Source: Octopus sinensis (Eukaryota). Taken from it: 64,000 nucleotides of DNA. The notes under the pieces were generated by a model, which had not been told where the DNA came from, did not search any database, and was given only the letters and a program-made list of their open reading frames with translations. The first letter of the stretch is position 1; each line of letters begins with the position of its first letter. Of this stretch, positions 1 to 11,595 are shown in pieces. Where the stretch lies: positions 48,794,001 through 48,858,000 of the forward strand of contig NC_043006.1 of assembly GCF_006345805.1 (NCBI RefSeq), read 5' to 3'. Made by a program: the position numbers and the translations under genes.

Positions 1-1014
1 TTAGCTTTCTCATAAATGCAGAGCTTATATAGCAGATAATATAACCAATAAGCATTTGCTAACAATGATTGCCTTCAACTAAGTACTAACAGCAAGCTAT
101 ATTACTAACGCCTTTTACCAACTCTAATTTGCTTCGTTTTAATCTAACCTTTTTTTTTTTTAATCTAATTTCAATAATCATTTTAGAAGAATTATATTTC
201 TTTCCAACCCTTTGTAAAATATCCTCTAAGATAGGTTGCCATTGTTGTTTAAAAAAAAAAAATCAGATAATCTTCAGCTCAGGGTACATGGCAGGTTGAG
301 GTGATCTAAATAAAGGCTTTTGTCTTTGAGCTTTTCTCCCAGACTTGATTATAGGTATTAACTATTCTGAGTTGATATTTTTTAACCCTTCATTTCACTG
401 TACCCACCTTACTTATGTTAATTAACATTGCCAAGATAAAGAAAAAAAAATAGATACATTTTGTGCTCAAGTCTCCAGTACTGCACAATGTTATATATTA
501 GCCAACATGACATTTTACCTGTTTGCTTCAATTTAATTTTTTTCTTTTTAATTTTATTTTATGGAGATATACACCTGTTTTCTGTAAAATGTCTCAATAT
601 ACATCTTTCATCCACAAACACCCGCTCCATTTCTTATATTATTGAATGGTTAATTAGTAACTGACTGTTTAGTGAAAGGTATTGAACAATAACACTTAAG
701 AAGCAGCACTCTGAACTCACTGATGTTCTCATTAACCATCAGCCTCATCAATCCTGTCAGTCTCAGAAAATCGGCACAAGTCACAAGCACTGCCCTTCTC
801 CTTTAACTGATTTGATACAAATTGCAACTAGCCAATGAGAACTAATTTCACGTTAATCAAGATTTGTTATTGGCTGTTTACAAGAAAAGATAGTTGAGTG
901 GATAGAATATTGGTTCGGAGAATAAGATCAAATCCACTGCAGGCATTTTATTGTATTTCTAGAGGGAACTCTTTTTTCTATATTGTCTCAGTTCACACAG
1001 CTGTTGTCAACAGG

Positions 1015-1275
1015 TATCAGAGCATCGGGAAATGTTACCTGAACTATCGGACCATCTGAATGTGTTAGCTTAACTCTTAGGTCATTTGGAAAGGCTATGT
1101 CAAATATCAAATCATCTTGATGTGTTTGCTTAACTCTTGGATCATCTGGAAATGTTAAGTGAAGTATCAGATGATCTGGATGTATTATTTTTACCTATCA
1201 GATCATCTGAAAATATTGTCGAGTATGAGATTGTCTACATGTGTTACCTATAACAGAATCTCTGAATATTGCCTA
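1015..1275. repeat. Degenerate minisatellite of about 30 bp
   Basis: Recurring (atc)agatcatctg(g)aa/atgtgtt motifs. Confidence 0.5.
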
Positions 1276-1539
1276 CCCTGTATTGGCATTCTATCCAGGG
1301 AGAAGTTATATTTCTCTTTGATTTCACACTATAAAGCTACAATTAAGCATAAATCCTTTATGACTTAAACTCATTCACATTTGTTTTCTTTTAATATCTA
1401 CATTGTATTCCTTAATTCTGGGTGCTTCATTTAAATTTTAACTTTTCAATAAAGAAAATTACAATCTGCTGCAAGTATCCTATGCTATCCTTTTACATAC
1501 TAAGTTAAGTCTTAGCACAGACATATTTTTTTTACATGT

Positions 1540-2081
1540 CTTGTGACACTTGTGAAGACCTGTTGAGGCAAGTGAAAATCAAATCAAAACAAATCAAAAT
1601 AGATGAACATCAATGGAATTTGTATCTTTGTGGTACCAGTGCCGGTGGCACACAAGAAAATCATCCTAACGTGGCCGTAGCCAGTACCGCATAGACTGGC
1701 CTCCGTGCTTTGGGGACGTAACAAACACCATCCGATCGTGGCCGTCCGCCAGCCTCATCTGGCACCTGTGTCGGTGGCACATAAAAACACCATCCGAACG
1801 TGGCCGTCTGCCAGCCTCGTCTGGCACCTGTGTCGGTGGCACATAAAAACACCATCCGAGCGTGGCCGTTCGCCAGCCTCGTCTGGCACCTGTGTCGGTG
1901 GCACATAAAATCACCCACTACACTCTCGGAGTGGTTGGCGTTAGGAAGGGCATCCAGCTGTAGAAACACTGCCAGATCTGACTGGCCTGGTGCAGCCTTC
2001 GGGCTCCCCAGACCCCAGTTGAACCGTCCAACCCATGCTAGCATGGAAAACGGACGCTAAATGATGATGATGATGATGATG
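1540..2081 (+). mobile_element. SINE family D with internal 62-bp tandem repeat and (ATG)n tail
   Basis: ggttggcgttaggaagggcatccagctgtagaaa motif, ccaacccatgctagcatggaaa...(atg)7 tail, and three 62-bp repeats at 1726-1911. Confidence 0.8.
1726..1911 (+). repeat. 62-bp tandem repeat x3 inside a SINE
   Basis: caccatccga starts at 1726, 1788 and 1850. Confidence 0.9.
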
Positions 2082-3964
2082 AGTCAGCCAAGCATCAAGA
2101 TTCACTTTCACTTTTATGATGCCTACTATTTTAGAATTACAAACCATCTAGTCCAGTCTAACATGAAAAAAAATCATATTGAAGTATATTTATTTGATTG
2201 CTTAAATGACTGAAGAGCATGGGGCTTTATGTTTGGTTACAAGTTGTTAAATAAAAGTTAATTATATTCTTGTTTAAACTTAGGGTTCTCATTCTCAAAG
2301 AAATGTATCACCAATATATGCTAAAGGAAGTGGGGGGGGGCAAGATTTTCAAAGTAAAATGAAATGGTGAAGTTGAAGAAGTAAAATCTAGCAATAGCTT
2401 TTATTGAAGTTGGTGAACAGATAAAGTGTGGGTATTTTTGAGTAGACTTCAAATGAAATAGGTTAACATATATAAGCATCGTAATTTGATGGGTTTTTTT
2501 GGGGTTTTTTGTCATATTGATAGAATTTAACTCTGAATGAAATTTGATTGGAAAAAAAATCTTTTAACAGACACTGAAATTTAAGTTTCAGTTGGAATTC
2601 AATACAAATATTAAAATTCAATTTTTTTTTTTTTTCTGATAATTTTGATTATTTCAACATAAGTTCAAATCGAAATGTTAAATTCAGGTCTCAGAATTTT
2701 AGCAATTTGAAATTCAAAAGTGAAACCAGTTAAAATAGTTAAACTAAAAAAAATTTCCTGCCATGATTCGAACACAAAAATATTCATCACCTATAGCAAC
2801 AGTAATGATATTTTTTATTTATTTTCTTGTACCCTTTAAAGTTTTCATTTTCATTTTTTTTTTTTATGACTAAGAATCAAAAGGTCAGTTCTTATTACCT
2901 TCTTTCATGACCTCTGTGACTGGTGGGTGGAAGAGAATAGCTTTATTTGTTTCACCTTAAGATTAGAGACTTGTGTCGTGAATGCTTGCAGCAGAATGGG
3001 TTCTGTTAAAAGCACCAAGGGCCAAGTGACCAGGTAATGGCAAAGGATTGCATCTACCAATCAGGAACAAGTGTCCTTGAATGGCCTTCCACAAAATCTC
3101 TGTCTACCAAGTATTCACTCACAAGATTTCTGTCATCTCAAGGAAATGGTAGAAGACATCTGCCCAAGGTTTTGTGCTGAAGGACAGATGTCAAAATCAC
3201 ATAGTTGTGAAGCAGACCACATGGCCATACCTTCTCGTAGTTGATATGTCTATGACTTCATTATTTAAGATACTCTCTGAGCTGAACAGCGCTTATATGG
3301 AGTCATTTGATCTGCTAGAAATAGCAGTCAAATTCACTCTCAAATGAGTCCCTGCTGTTTAAAAAAAATGTTAAATGATAATAATGGTTGAGACCACACT
3401 TCTCACTTGTAATGTCTTTTTGTTATTTAGATTGTTGCTTATTTTAGCGCATTTTAGGCACATCATGTCACCATATAAGTTTTCTCCCCTCTTAATGCCA
3501 TACAATGTAGCTGGAGTTACAGGGGAGAAAACTTGTATGGTGACATGATGCACCTAATCTTGCTAAAGATTAATTAAAAAGGAAAAAAACACAAGGACCT
3601 CCGTTTTTAGTGGACAAAGGGTAATCACATTTAAAGGTCAGCAGGTCAAATTAAGACATTATTACCAGGAATGATACAAACATATCCAAAGACCAATTCT
3701 TTTGTAACATGACGGTGGTAATAATGGTGATAAACTATGAGGAATAAAAAAAATTTCCAACAAGTATGAAACATGTCTCATGGTTTTAGCTTTTACATCT
3801 AGTTTTTCCATTCTGGTATGAGTTGGTTTAGAGTTCTTGAGCAGGAGACAGTACTCTATGGCTGGATGCCCTTCCTCACACTAACCCTTACCTGATTTGC
3901 AAGTAAGGTACTTTATTCCATGTGTTCCCACATATCATATGTGTTTTGTGTGTATGTGTGATTA

Positions 3965-4310
3965 TATATTTTTTACCTTGTTTCAATCACTGGGCTGGCA
4001 CCATGCTATGGCACAGCCAAGAAAGATTTGGTGAAAATCGGCCCTTAAGTTTGGTACTTATTCTGTTATTCTCTCTAGCTGAACCACTAAGTTACATGAA
4101 CAAAAACAAACCAACACCAGTTGTCAAGTGGCAATGGTGTACAAACACAAAGAGACACACATATGCAAAGATATATGTATATATACATACACACATGTGT
4201 GTGTGTGTGTGTGTGTGTGAGAGGGATCTTTTTTGCTGAACTGCTAAGTTACGGAGATATAAACATACCAACACCGATTGTCAAGTGGTGGAGAGGGACA
4301 AACACAGATT
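3965..4310 (-). mobile_element. Diverged family A SINE 3' parts, partly duplicated
   Basis: gctgaaccactaagttac...ccaacacc...gttgtcaagtgg occurs twice around a (TG)n tract. Confidence 0.6.
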
Positions 4311-4361
4311 GAAATATTCTCTTCTTCAATGTTTCACAGATTTCATATTATTGGTAAAATA

Positions 4362-4585
4362 AAGGCAGGCAAGCTGGCAGAATTGCTTCTGTGCCAGACA
4401 AAATGCTTAGTGACATTTCTTCAGGTTCTTGATGTTCAGAGTTCAAATACTGCTAAGGTGGACTTTGCCTGTCATCCTTTCATGATTAACAGAATAAGTA
4501 CCAGATGAGCAGTGGAGTTTATGTGATTGACTTCCCTCTCCCCTTATAATTGCTGGCTCTGTATCAAAGTTAGAAAGGATATTAT
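4362..4585 (+). mobile_element. SINE family C, diverged
   Basis: gctggcagaa...aaatgcttag...gagttcaaat...gactttgcct.tcatccttt core. Confidence 0.7.
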
Positions 4586-4926
4586 TTACATTTGACGTAT
4601 ATTTTATCCCCATCTTGTTTGTTGTTAACACATTTCGGCTGATATACCCTCCAGCCTTCATCAGGTGTCTTGGGGAAATTTTGAACCCGGGTTCTCATTC
4701 CATGGGCATATGGCATAGTGGTTAAGAGTGCGGGCTACTAACCCCAAGATTCTGAGTTCAATTCCTGGCAGTGACCTTAATAATAATAACATTATTAATA
4801 AATACCTTAGGAAAGATAACCCAGGTTCGAAATTTCCCCAAGACACTTGATGAAGGCTGGAAGGTATATCAGCCAAAACGTTGTGTTAACAACAGGATGA
4901 GGACAAATATCCGTCAAATGTAAATA
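4585..4926. mobile_element. Foldback element with about 115-bp inverted arms carrying Penelope-type hammerhead-like cores and a central tRNA-like cassette
   Basis: Arms atttacatttgacg...ggttctcattcc and ggaaagataacc...cgtcaaatgtaaat. Centre tggcatagtgg (A box), gagttcaattcc (B box), (taa)n. Confidence 0.7.
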
Positions 4927-5129
4927 TTTTACATAATTCCTCATCTCTTAAATGTAGAACTGAAGATATTATTGGTAAAATATAACCGCTCTTGACTTTT
5001 GGAATCATTTTCTTTTTTTCTTTTTGTAAGTTTAAAAATGAGAATTTTTTTTTTTTTCCAAAATTCTTCATTATTAATTAGTTGCACTATTTTGAGTAAG
5101 TTTTGCAATGAGCATACTCTCCAGGACAT

Positions 5130-5349
5130 TTAATTCTTTAGTATTTAAACCAGCCATATCATTCTGCTTTTTTGATGCTCAAACAGGCCAAATCTGGTCG
5201 CTTATACCTACCCTACAATGGCATACTAAGAGTAAATAGTCCAGTCATTGAAATCTCAAAACTACAAGATAATGCATGATTAATTCAAGAGAATGTTAAT
5301 ATATATAAGTATTACATTTAGTATAATAATTTGAATGCTAAAGGGTTAA
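5130..5349. mobile_element. piggyBac-like MITE, family H
   Basis: TTAA...gctaaagggTTAA end. Internal ctacaatg...gataatgcatgattaattcaa shared with other copies. Confidence 0.65.
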
Positions 5350-5839
5350 GAGATTTTAGAACAAAACTATCATCTGATGCCAGCAATGGTTTAACATCAT
5401 ATATTAAAACTCCCCACCACCATGTCTTCAAAACTCCTCTTTATGAAATACATTTAATACTAGAAACTAACACCTAAACCAAGGTCAGGTCAGGTTAGGT
5501 TTTTGTTGATAGATTGACTGAAAGAAACATTGAAATTCACCTCCCTTTAGAATTTACCAATGGCTTCCTTCCTCGTTTGACTTTCCTTACCTTTTTTACT
5601 CTTTTCCTTTAATTATTCTTCTCCCACTTTGGTCACTGCACTCACTCTTGGATATAATTCTCTACTTTTATTGTCATAATGGCTAAAGTCAAGCTGAAGC
5701 ATCACCTTTATTATATAGATCAGACAGCTTATTCTCACAAATATGGAGCTGGTTTATTGGTTTACTATTCTTTTTTTCCTTCTTCAAGTCTAGAAATTAT
5801 CTTTCTGCTTAAACTAAACATAAATACATTTATGGCTTA

Positions 5840-6182
<343 letters not shown>

Positions 6183-6189
6183 TATGCAT

Positions 6190-6234
<45 letters not shown>

Positions 6235-6695
6235 CAGCTTTCGTTTTTTGTTTTTTTTCCATTTTATTTCATCTAGTTAGCTTATTGTTTCCTTCATCCT
6301 TTTTTTTTTCTCTCTTTTTCATTCATTTCTTATTAGAAAACAAAACCTTCAAAAACATGCAGTTTTCATCTTCATAAATGCAGAACCATGCATTAAATAT
6401 CATCTGAGAGCAAAAACACATGCATGTGTGAATGAGTGTATATATATATATTATATATATATAATATATATATATATATATTATGTGTGTGTATATGTGA
6501 TCATAAGTTTTCTTCCCTTCATCTCATATCTAACACAACATCTAAATATCTAAGTAATAATAATAATGATAATAAGCCTATCACCCCCATCCCCATCGCT
6601 GATACTCTTCCAAATCCCCCCGCTCCACTCCACCTCCTAAAAATAATTAGCATCATAAGCATGTTTGCATGTTTTTGTTATTTTCCTTCTGGCAG

Positions 6696-6776
6696 AGAAG
6701 CTGGCCTTACTGGATGACGATGACAGCTGCCTCGCAGATACTCTTGATGATCCATATCTTAGTAGGATTGGCTATG
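6696..6776 (+). CDS. fra: Candidate internal exon of the netrin receptor cytoplasmic tail, (E)KLALLDDDDSCLADTLDDPYLSRIGY(G); phase 1-1; GC donor
   Basis: Acceptor ttttccttctggcag at 6681-6695. 81 nt open frame with synonymous GAT/GAC Asp run. Donor G|gcatgt joins in frame to the exon at 10162. Alternative GT donors exist at 6762 and 6781. Confidence 0.55.
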
Positions 6777-8251
6777 GCATGTATTATTTTGAATTTTGAC
6801 TTTACGTAGTTCTCCTGCAGTTCACCTAAACAAATCTGCTTGTTTCTGTTCTGTCTGTCTGTCTGTGTGTGCGCGCGCGCGTGTGTATGCGTGTATGCAT
6901 GAGCGTGTATGAGTATGTCTGTGTGCTGTCTTTCAAGTTAGATAACAATATGTTTACTCGTGTGTATGTATATATATGTTGTGTGTATATATTTTATATA
7001 TTCATTTATCTGGTTCTTTTTTTCTTTTTTTTCTTTTTTTTTTTTGTAGAGCTATATCTGTGTGTGTGTGTGTGTTTGCATGAATTTGTGCATGTATGAT
7101 GATTATCTTTTTGAGTTATGTCTGCAAGCGTGATATGTACGTACGTACATACGTATGTATGTATGTTGTTTTTATGCTTGTTTGTGTGTGTTTGGGTGCA
7201 TACGTAGTCATACATGCACATAACTGTTTATGCTAGCCTGCAAAACCTTATCTGCATGTATCTGTCTAACAATGTGTGTTTGTGTGTATGTGCATGCATA
7301 CATGCATATTTTTGCCATGTATGTATGTATATATGTATGTGTGTGTGGCTGGGTCTTTATCTGTATCAAAATGTCAGTGAGTGTATGTTGGTGTATAATG
7401 GTCCTGTGCATGATATGCATTCGGGGAAACAGCATGTGCGATTTCTGTGTCTGTGTGTGTGTGTATGTATGAGTAAGTACACATTGACCTACCCCTGAAG
7501 AATTTGAAATATTATCCATTTTTGCTGCTGAGCTAGATTTATTTCAAGCATATTTATATGTTGCATTATATATAATTCCATATGGAGAGAGAGAGAGAGA
7601 GAGTGCATATGTGAGAGAGATTTAGCTAAGATGAAAGTATGTTTCTGGAGAGTACCTAAATCTCTCAGTCATAGAAAAGATTGTGTCAGGTTAGGAAATG
7701 TGAGATTATATTCCAGAAAACGTGTGTGTGTGTACATCTGCATTATTCATTATACACTTGCATCCGCATTATCTTGTGTACATTGCATTGCGTATTGTAC
7801 TTTACATTGTATACATGTACTTGTCTTGTATTGTGTATTTGTTTACATAATTCCCTACAGTTGTATGTGTATGTATTACATTGTGTACGTATCTGTATTT
7901 ACACACATACACATATTTATATATATATACATATGTATGTGTATGTGTGTATGTATATATATTTGTAATTTTGTAATTATATTACATTTGCTTGAGTATG
8001 TGCTGCCTTAATTGTCCAGTTTTCCTCATCGACACTTATAAATCAGGCCAGTCACTTTTATGACACTCTCGATTTGTGCGGTCATCCAAATTTGGTCACT
8101 TTTTTGTTGTTTGTTTTTGAGATCTATTCGATTCTGTTTCCCCTGCCCCCCACCCTAGCAGGTTCTACTCATTGTCAGGAATCATCCTTCATTTTTCTTT
8201 GTGTGTTTTGGGGATTTCATTGGTTTTCTTCATTTTTTTTTTAAGTTCAAG

Positions 8252-8282
<31 letters not shown>

Positions 8283-8536
8283 TAATATATTATATCCATT
8301 CAGTAATGCCTGCTCATCAGAATCATGTCATCATGCTTCTATCATCACTATCACAATCCAACATCATTTTTCTCTTGCATCATCATCGCTGTTTTTCTCT
8401 CAATTCTTTCACTGACGGAAAAAAAAAGAAAGCTAATTTCTTTTGAAAAACAAGTAACATAATTATTTTTAAATATTTCATTTTCTTCATCATAGAAAAT
8501 TAGTTTTAAAAAGATAGCTGCATAAGATATTAGTAA

Positions 8537-8641
8537 ATAATAATAATAATAATGATAATAATAATAATAATAGTAGTAATAATAATAATAATGATAATAA
8601 TAATAATAATAATAATAATAATAGTAATGATAATGATAATA

Positions 8642-8672
<31 letters not shown>

Positions 8673-8900
8673 TAGTAATGATAATGATAATAATAGTAGT
8701 AGTAATAATAGTAGTAGTAATAATAATAATAATTGAACACTATCAATACAGTAAAAATAGCACCACCAAATAAAACCGCAGCACATACCCAAGACACACA
8801 AAGCTGCACTCAGTAGTGCAGTGAAAACAAACAATAAAAATAAGACTACTGGATGATAATAATAATAATAATAGTAGTAGTAGTAGTAGTAATAGTATTA
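8537..8900. repeat. (TAA/TAG/TGA)n trinucleotide microsatellite complex
   Basis: Direct reading; source of the poly-Y, poly-L and poly-I ORFs. Confidence 0.95.
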
Positions 8901-10161
8901 GTAATTGATAATAATGATTATAATATCTTGTTTGTAGTCTTATCTAAAGTTAGAATAATTAAAAGGATATGAAGAAAATAAAGCATTCAGAACAACTCAG
9001 AACATATGTTGAAACATATTTAAAAAATCTTGAGATATTTGCCATTTAGTGGCACATAGTGGAGATGTGGGGCATAACAACATTATTGAATTCTGTACCT
9101 ATGATTGACATTTTTTTACTTCTTTATCAGTGAAGGAATGCCATCAACTTGTATAGAACAAATAACTAAAAGCGAACTTTTTTATGCCTGTCTTCAAGAT
9201 ATCAAATATATAGAGAGGTTTTGTTGAAATTTTAGTTACAAATATTTTCCTGTCATTTTTAAGATCATTTTGGTTCTCCAGATATTTCCGGCTGGAAATA
9301 TTGGGCAAAATACTAAGAATAAAAGTAATTGAGATATTTTGGTATTCTAATATATCTGAGAAAAGTTTCTCCTCGAGAAGTTTGAAATTTCCACATTTAT
9401 TAACCTTATTGGCTCTACACCACACATTGAGCCATTTATAAGTTTTAATTGGTCTGCTCTTTAATAATAGAGTTCAAATACATTATATCAATATTCTTAT
9501 ATTTGTATGAATAGAGTGCCTGACAAATGTCAGAGACCAAATGACAGAATTCATGTTTTTTGCATGAAGCATTGTCTTATAATATATATATATATATAAG
9601 TTTTTTATTTTATTTGTATAAAATGCCAACACAATGCAAGTTATAAAAAAATAATACAGGTCTATGATCTGTACGTCTGCCTTGAATTTCTAATATTTCA
9701 AGGTGAAGACTTCTCCTTTGGGAAACTCGGGAATGGAGAAGTCAGCTCTGAAGATTTCCTGAAGAAGGGTCCTAACCTCAAAATATTGAAATACAAGCCA
9801 TAATTTGTATAACTTTGGTTTTATGAAAAAGAAAATCTTTAATGTTGTACCTTTCAACAGACCAAAAGAACAGATCAATTAGGATTACCTTGGAAGACCG
9901 AATCATTAAAGACGTGGTTAAAAACCTGGAAATGTCAAACAATTCTTGAATATTATTGTTGGAAATTGAAGTGGAATTTCTGAAACGTCAGATGATTCCA
10001 TTTTTAAATTTTTACTTGTTATCTTAACATGAGTTTTGAAGACACATTTCAGCTGATGGCCATCCACCCTGACATAAATACACCTTTTCTCGTGTTCTGT
10101 TTCTTTATTGTCTGTTAGCATTGTTAATCTACAGGTTACTAAGTTGTGTTCTTGTTTCCAG

Positions 10162-10626
10162 GTTGTTGCACACCTGTTCAGTCACCTGAGTCTTTCTTAC
10201 CTCCATCCCTACGCATGGGTGGAGAGCACGTGCCCTGTATGGTCTCCCATGAGTACGCTGTACTTCAGCCTGAGCCTCGTTTTACTGATATCAACACCAC
10301 CTCTGCTAACACTGCCACTAGTCCAGCTGCTTATGCCAATACCATCACCACCACTGCTGCTGCCAACAACAATAGCAGTACAACCACTACTACCACCACC
10401 ACAACTACCACTACTACCTCTGCTGCTACCCTTCCTTTGCCCAACACAGCAGTCTCTGTCACTGACAGCAATAATGGGTTTGTTGTTCCTGGAGCAGGCC
10501 TCACCCAGCGACAGCCGCTGGTATCAAACCTCAACTCACTGAAAGCTGTCTCAGCTCCAGGAGTTTCCCTCTCAGCAAACCAAGGCACAGGTGCAGCAGC
10601 AGCAGCAGCAGTGCCTAAACATTTAG
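10162..10626 (+). CDS. fra: Internal exon of the netrin receptor cytoplasmic tail (GCCTPVQSP...Thr/Ala runs...NSLKAVSAPG...AVPKHL); phase 1-1
   Basis: Acceptor ttcttgtttccag. Lies inside ORF 10146-10652. Donor TTAG|gtaggc at 10627 joins in frame to 23598 giving PKHL-VKPQ, resembling DCC PKTHVK as recalled. Confidence 0.7.
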
Positions 10627-11180
10627 GTAGGCATGGTCATCTCAAGAAATAACTCAACTATTTATCCATGTTGCGCTACAGAAACAGTCAACATCTGCTC
10701 TCTACCAATATGATTGCTTTTTCATTTAAGAGGCTTTCTTTCTCGTTTCCCAAAATATTTCCAAGTTAAGGGAATCTGGTAATCATCTTAGGTTCGAAAA
10801 CTCACTAAGAAGCTTTTTACTTCAAGTGCCTTGCTCACCAATAATTATTCCTATATTCCTATAATATTCCTAGTTAGAACCCATGAATCTGTTATTTCAT
10901 TCACTTTTTTGTTATCTTATAGTCACACAAAAATCATAGAGGCTAGAAATACGTGATACAAAGTGTGTGTGAATCCTGGTTAAAAGGCAAATAATGAATC
11001 ATATTTTGTCAGTAAAAATGAGAAAGTATTATCTCGTATTTTGCCAAATATTCCATCACAGAAAAGAACCATGATTATCTAAAGGTATTTCTGTGTTAGG
11101 ATATATATATATATGAATTTTTTTGTGTAATGAGATTAAAAAAACCAAGGCGGTATAGATATTAGAGCATTTATAGATAG

Positions 11181-11234
11181 ACGGTCTTACAGCTGTTTCT
11201 AGGATATTAATAATATCCCTTCATCAGAGACGGT
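11181..11234 (-). ncRNA. Minimal type I hammerhead-ribozyme-like motif, Penelope type
   Basis: ACCGTCT-CTGATGA-A-GGGATATT-att-AATATCCT-A-GAAAC-AGCT-GTA-AGACCGT. Stems I and II pair, stem III is palindromic, triplet GUA. Extra A residues flank stem II. Confidence 0.55.
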
Positions 11235-11357
11235 GTGAGAGGAAAAGTTAAGTCATAGTTAGTTTCGATGTGATATAGAGTTTTGGACAAATTGCTTTAA
11301 AAATGCTGACAATTTTCATTTGATTCAAGAGTATTGATTCACTTGGAATCAATGCAT

Positions 11358-11595
11358 TTAACCCTTTAGTGTTTGAACCGGCCACATCCAGCTCAAATAT
11401 TCTACATGTTTTATATTCAGACTGGCGATATCTAGCCTTTCACACCTACCCTACATTGTCACTCTAAAAATAAATAGTGACATTATTGAAACCTCAAAGC
11501 TATAAGATAATGCATGATTAATTCAAGATGATGATGATGAATTTGAATGAAGAAGTATTACATTTAACAGAATAATTTAAACACTAAAGAGTTAA
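11358..11595. mobile_element. piggyBac-like MITE, family H
   Basis: TTAACCCTTTAG...CTAAAGAGTTAA termini. Confidence 0.7.

Noticed and set aside
2962-3033. Upstream receptor exon ending at CAG|gtaatg
   Set aside because: The phase-1 and phase-0 frames contain stops, and the open phase-2 frame cannot join the 6696 exon.
4700-4775. Genuine tRNA gene (ACT anticodon)
   Set aside because: Anticodon and acceptor stems pair poorly, and it is followed by (TAA)n inside a repeat; treated as a SINE-like head.
6696-6780. Reading frame RSWPYWMTMTAASQILLMIHILVGLAMA-CCC as the receptor transmembrane segment
   Set aside because: No basic stop-transfer or P1 motif (PPDLWIHH) follows. The hydrophobicity is what a shifted Asp-rich frame produces.
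8351-8834. Long poly-Y, poly-L and poly-I ORFs; likewise the YI/CV-rich ORFs across the window
   Set aside because: These are translations of tri- and dinucleotide microsatellites.
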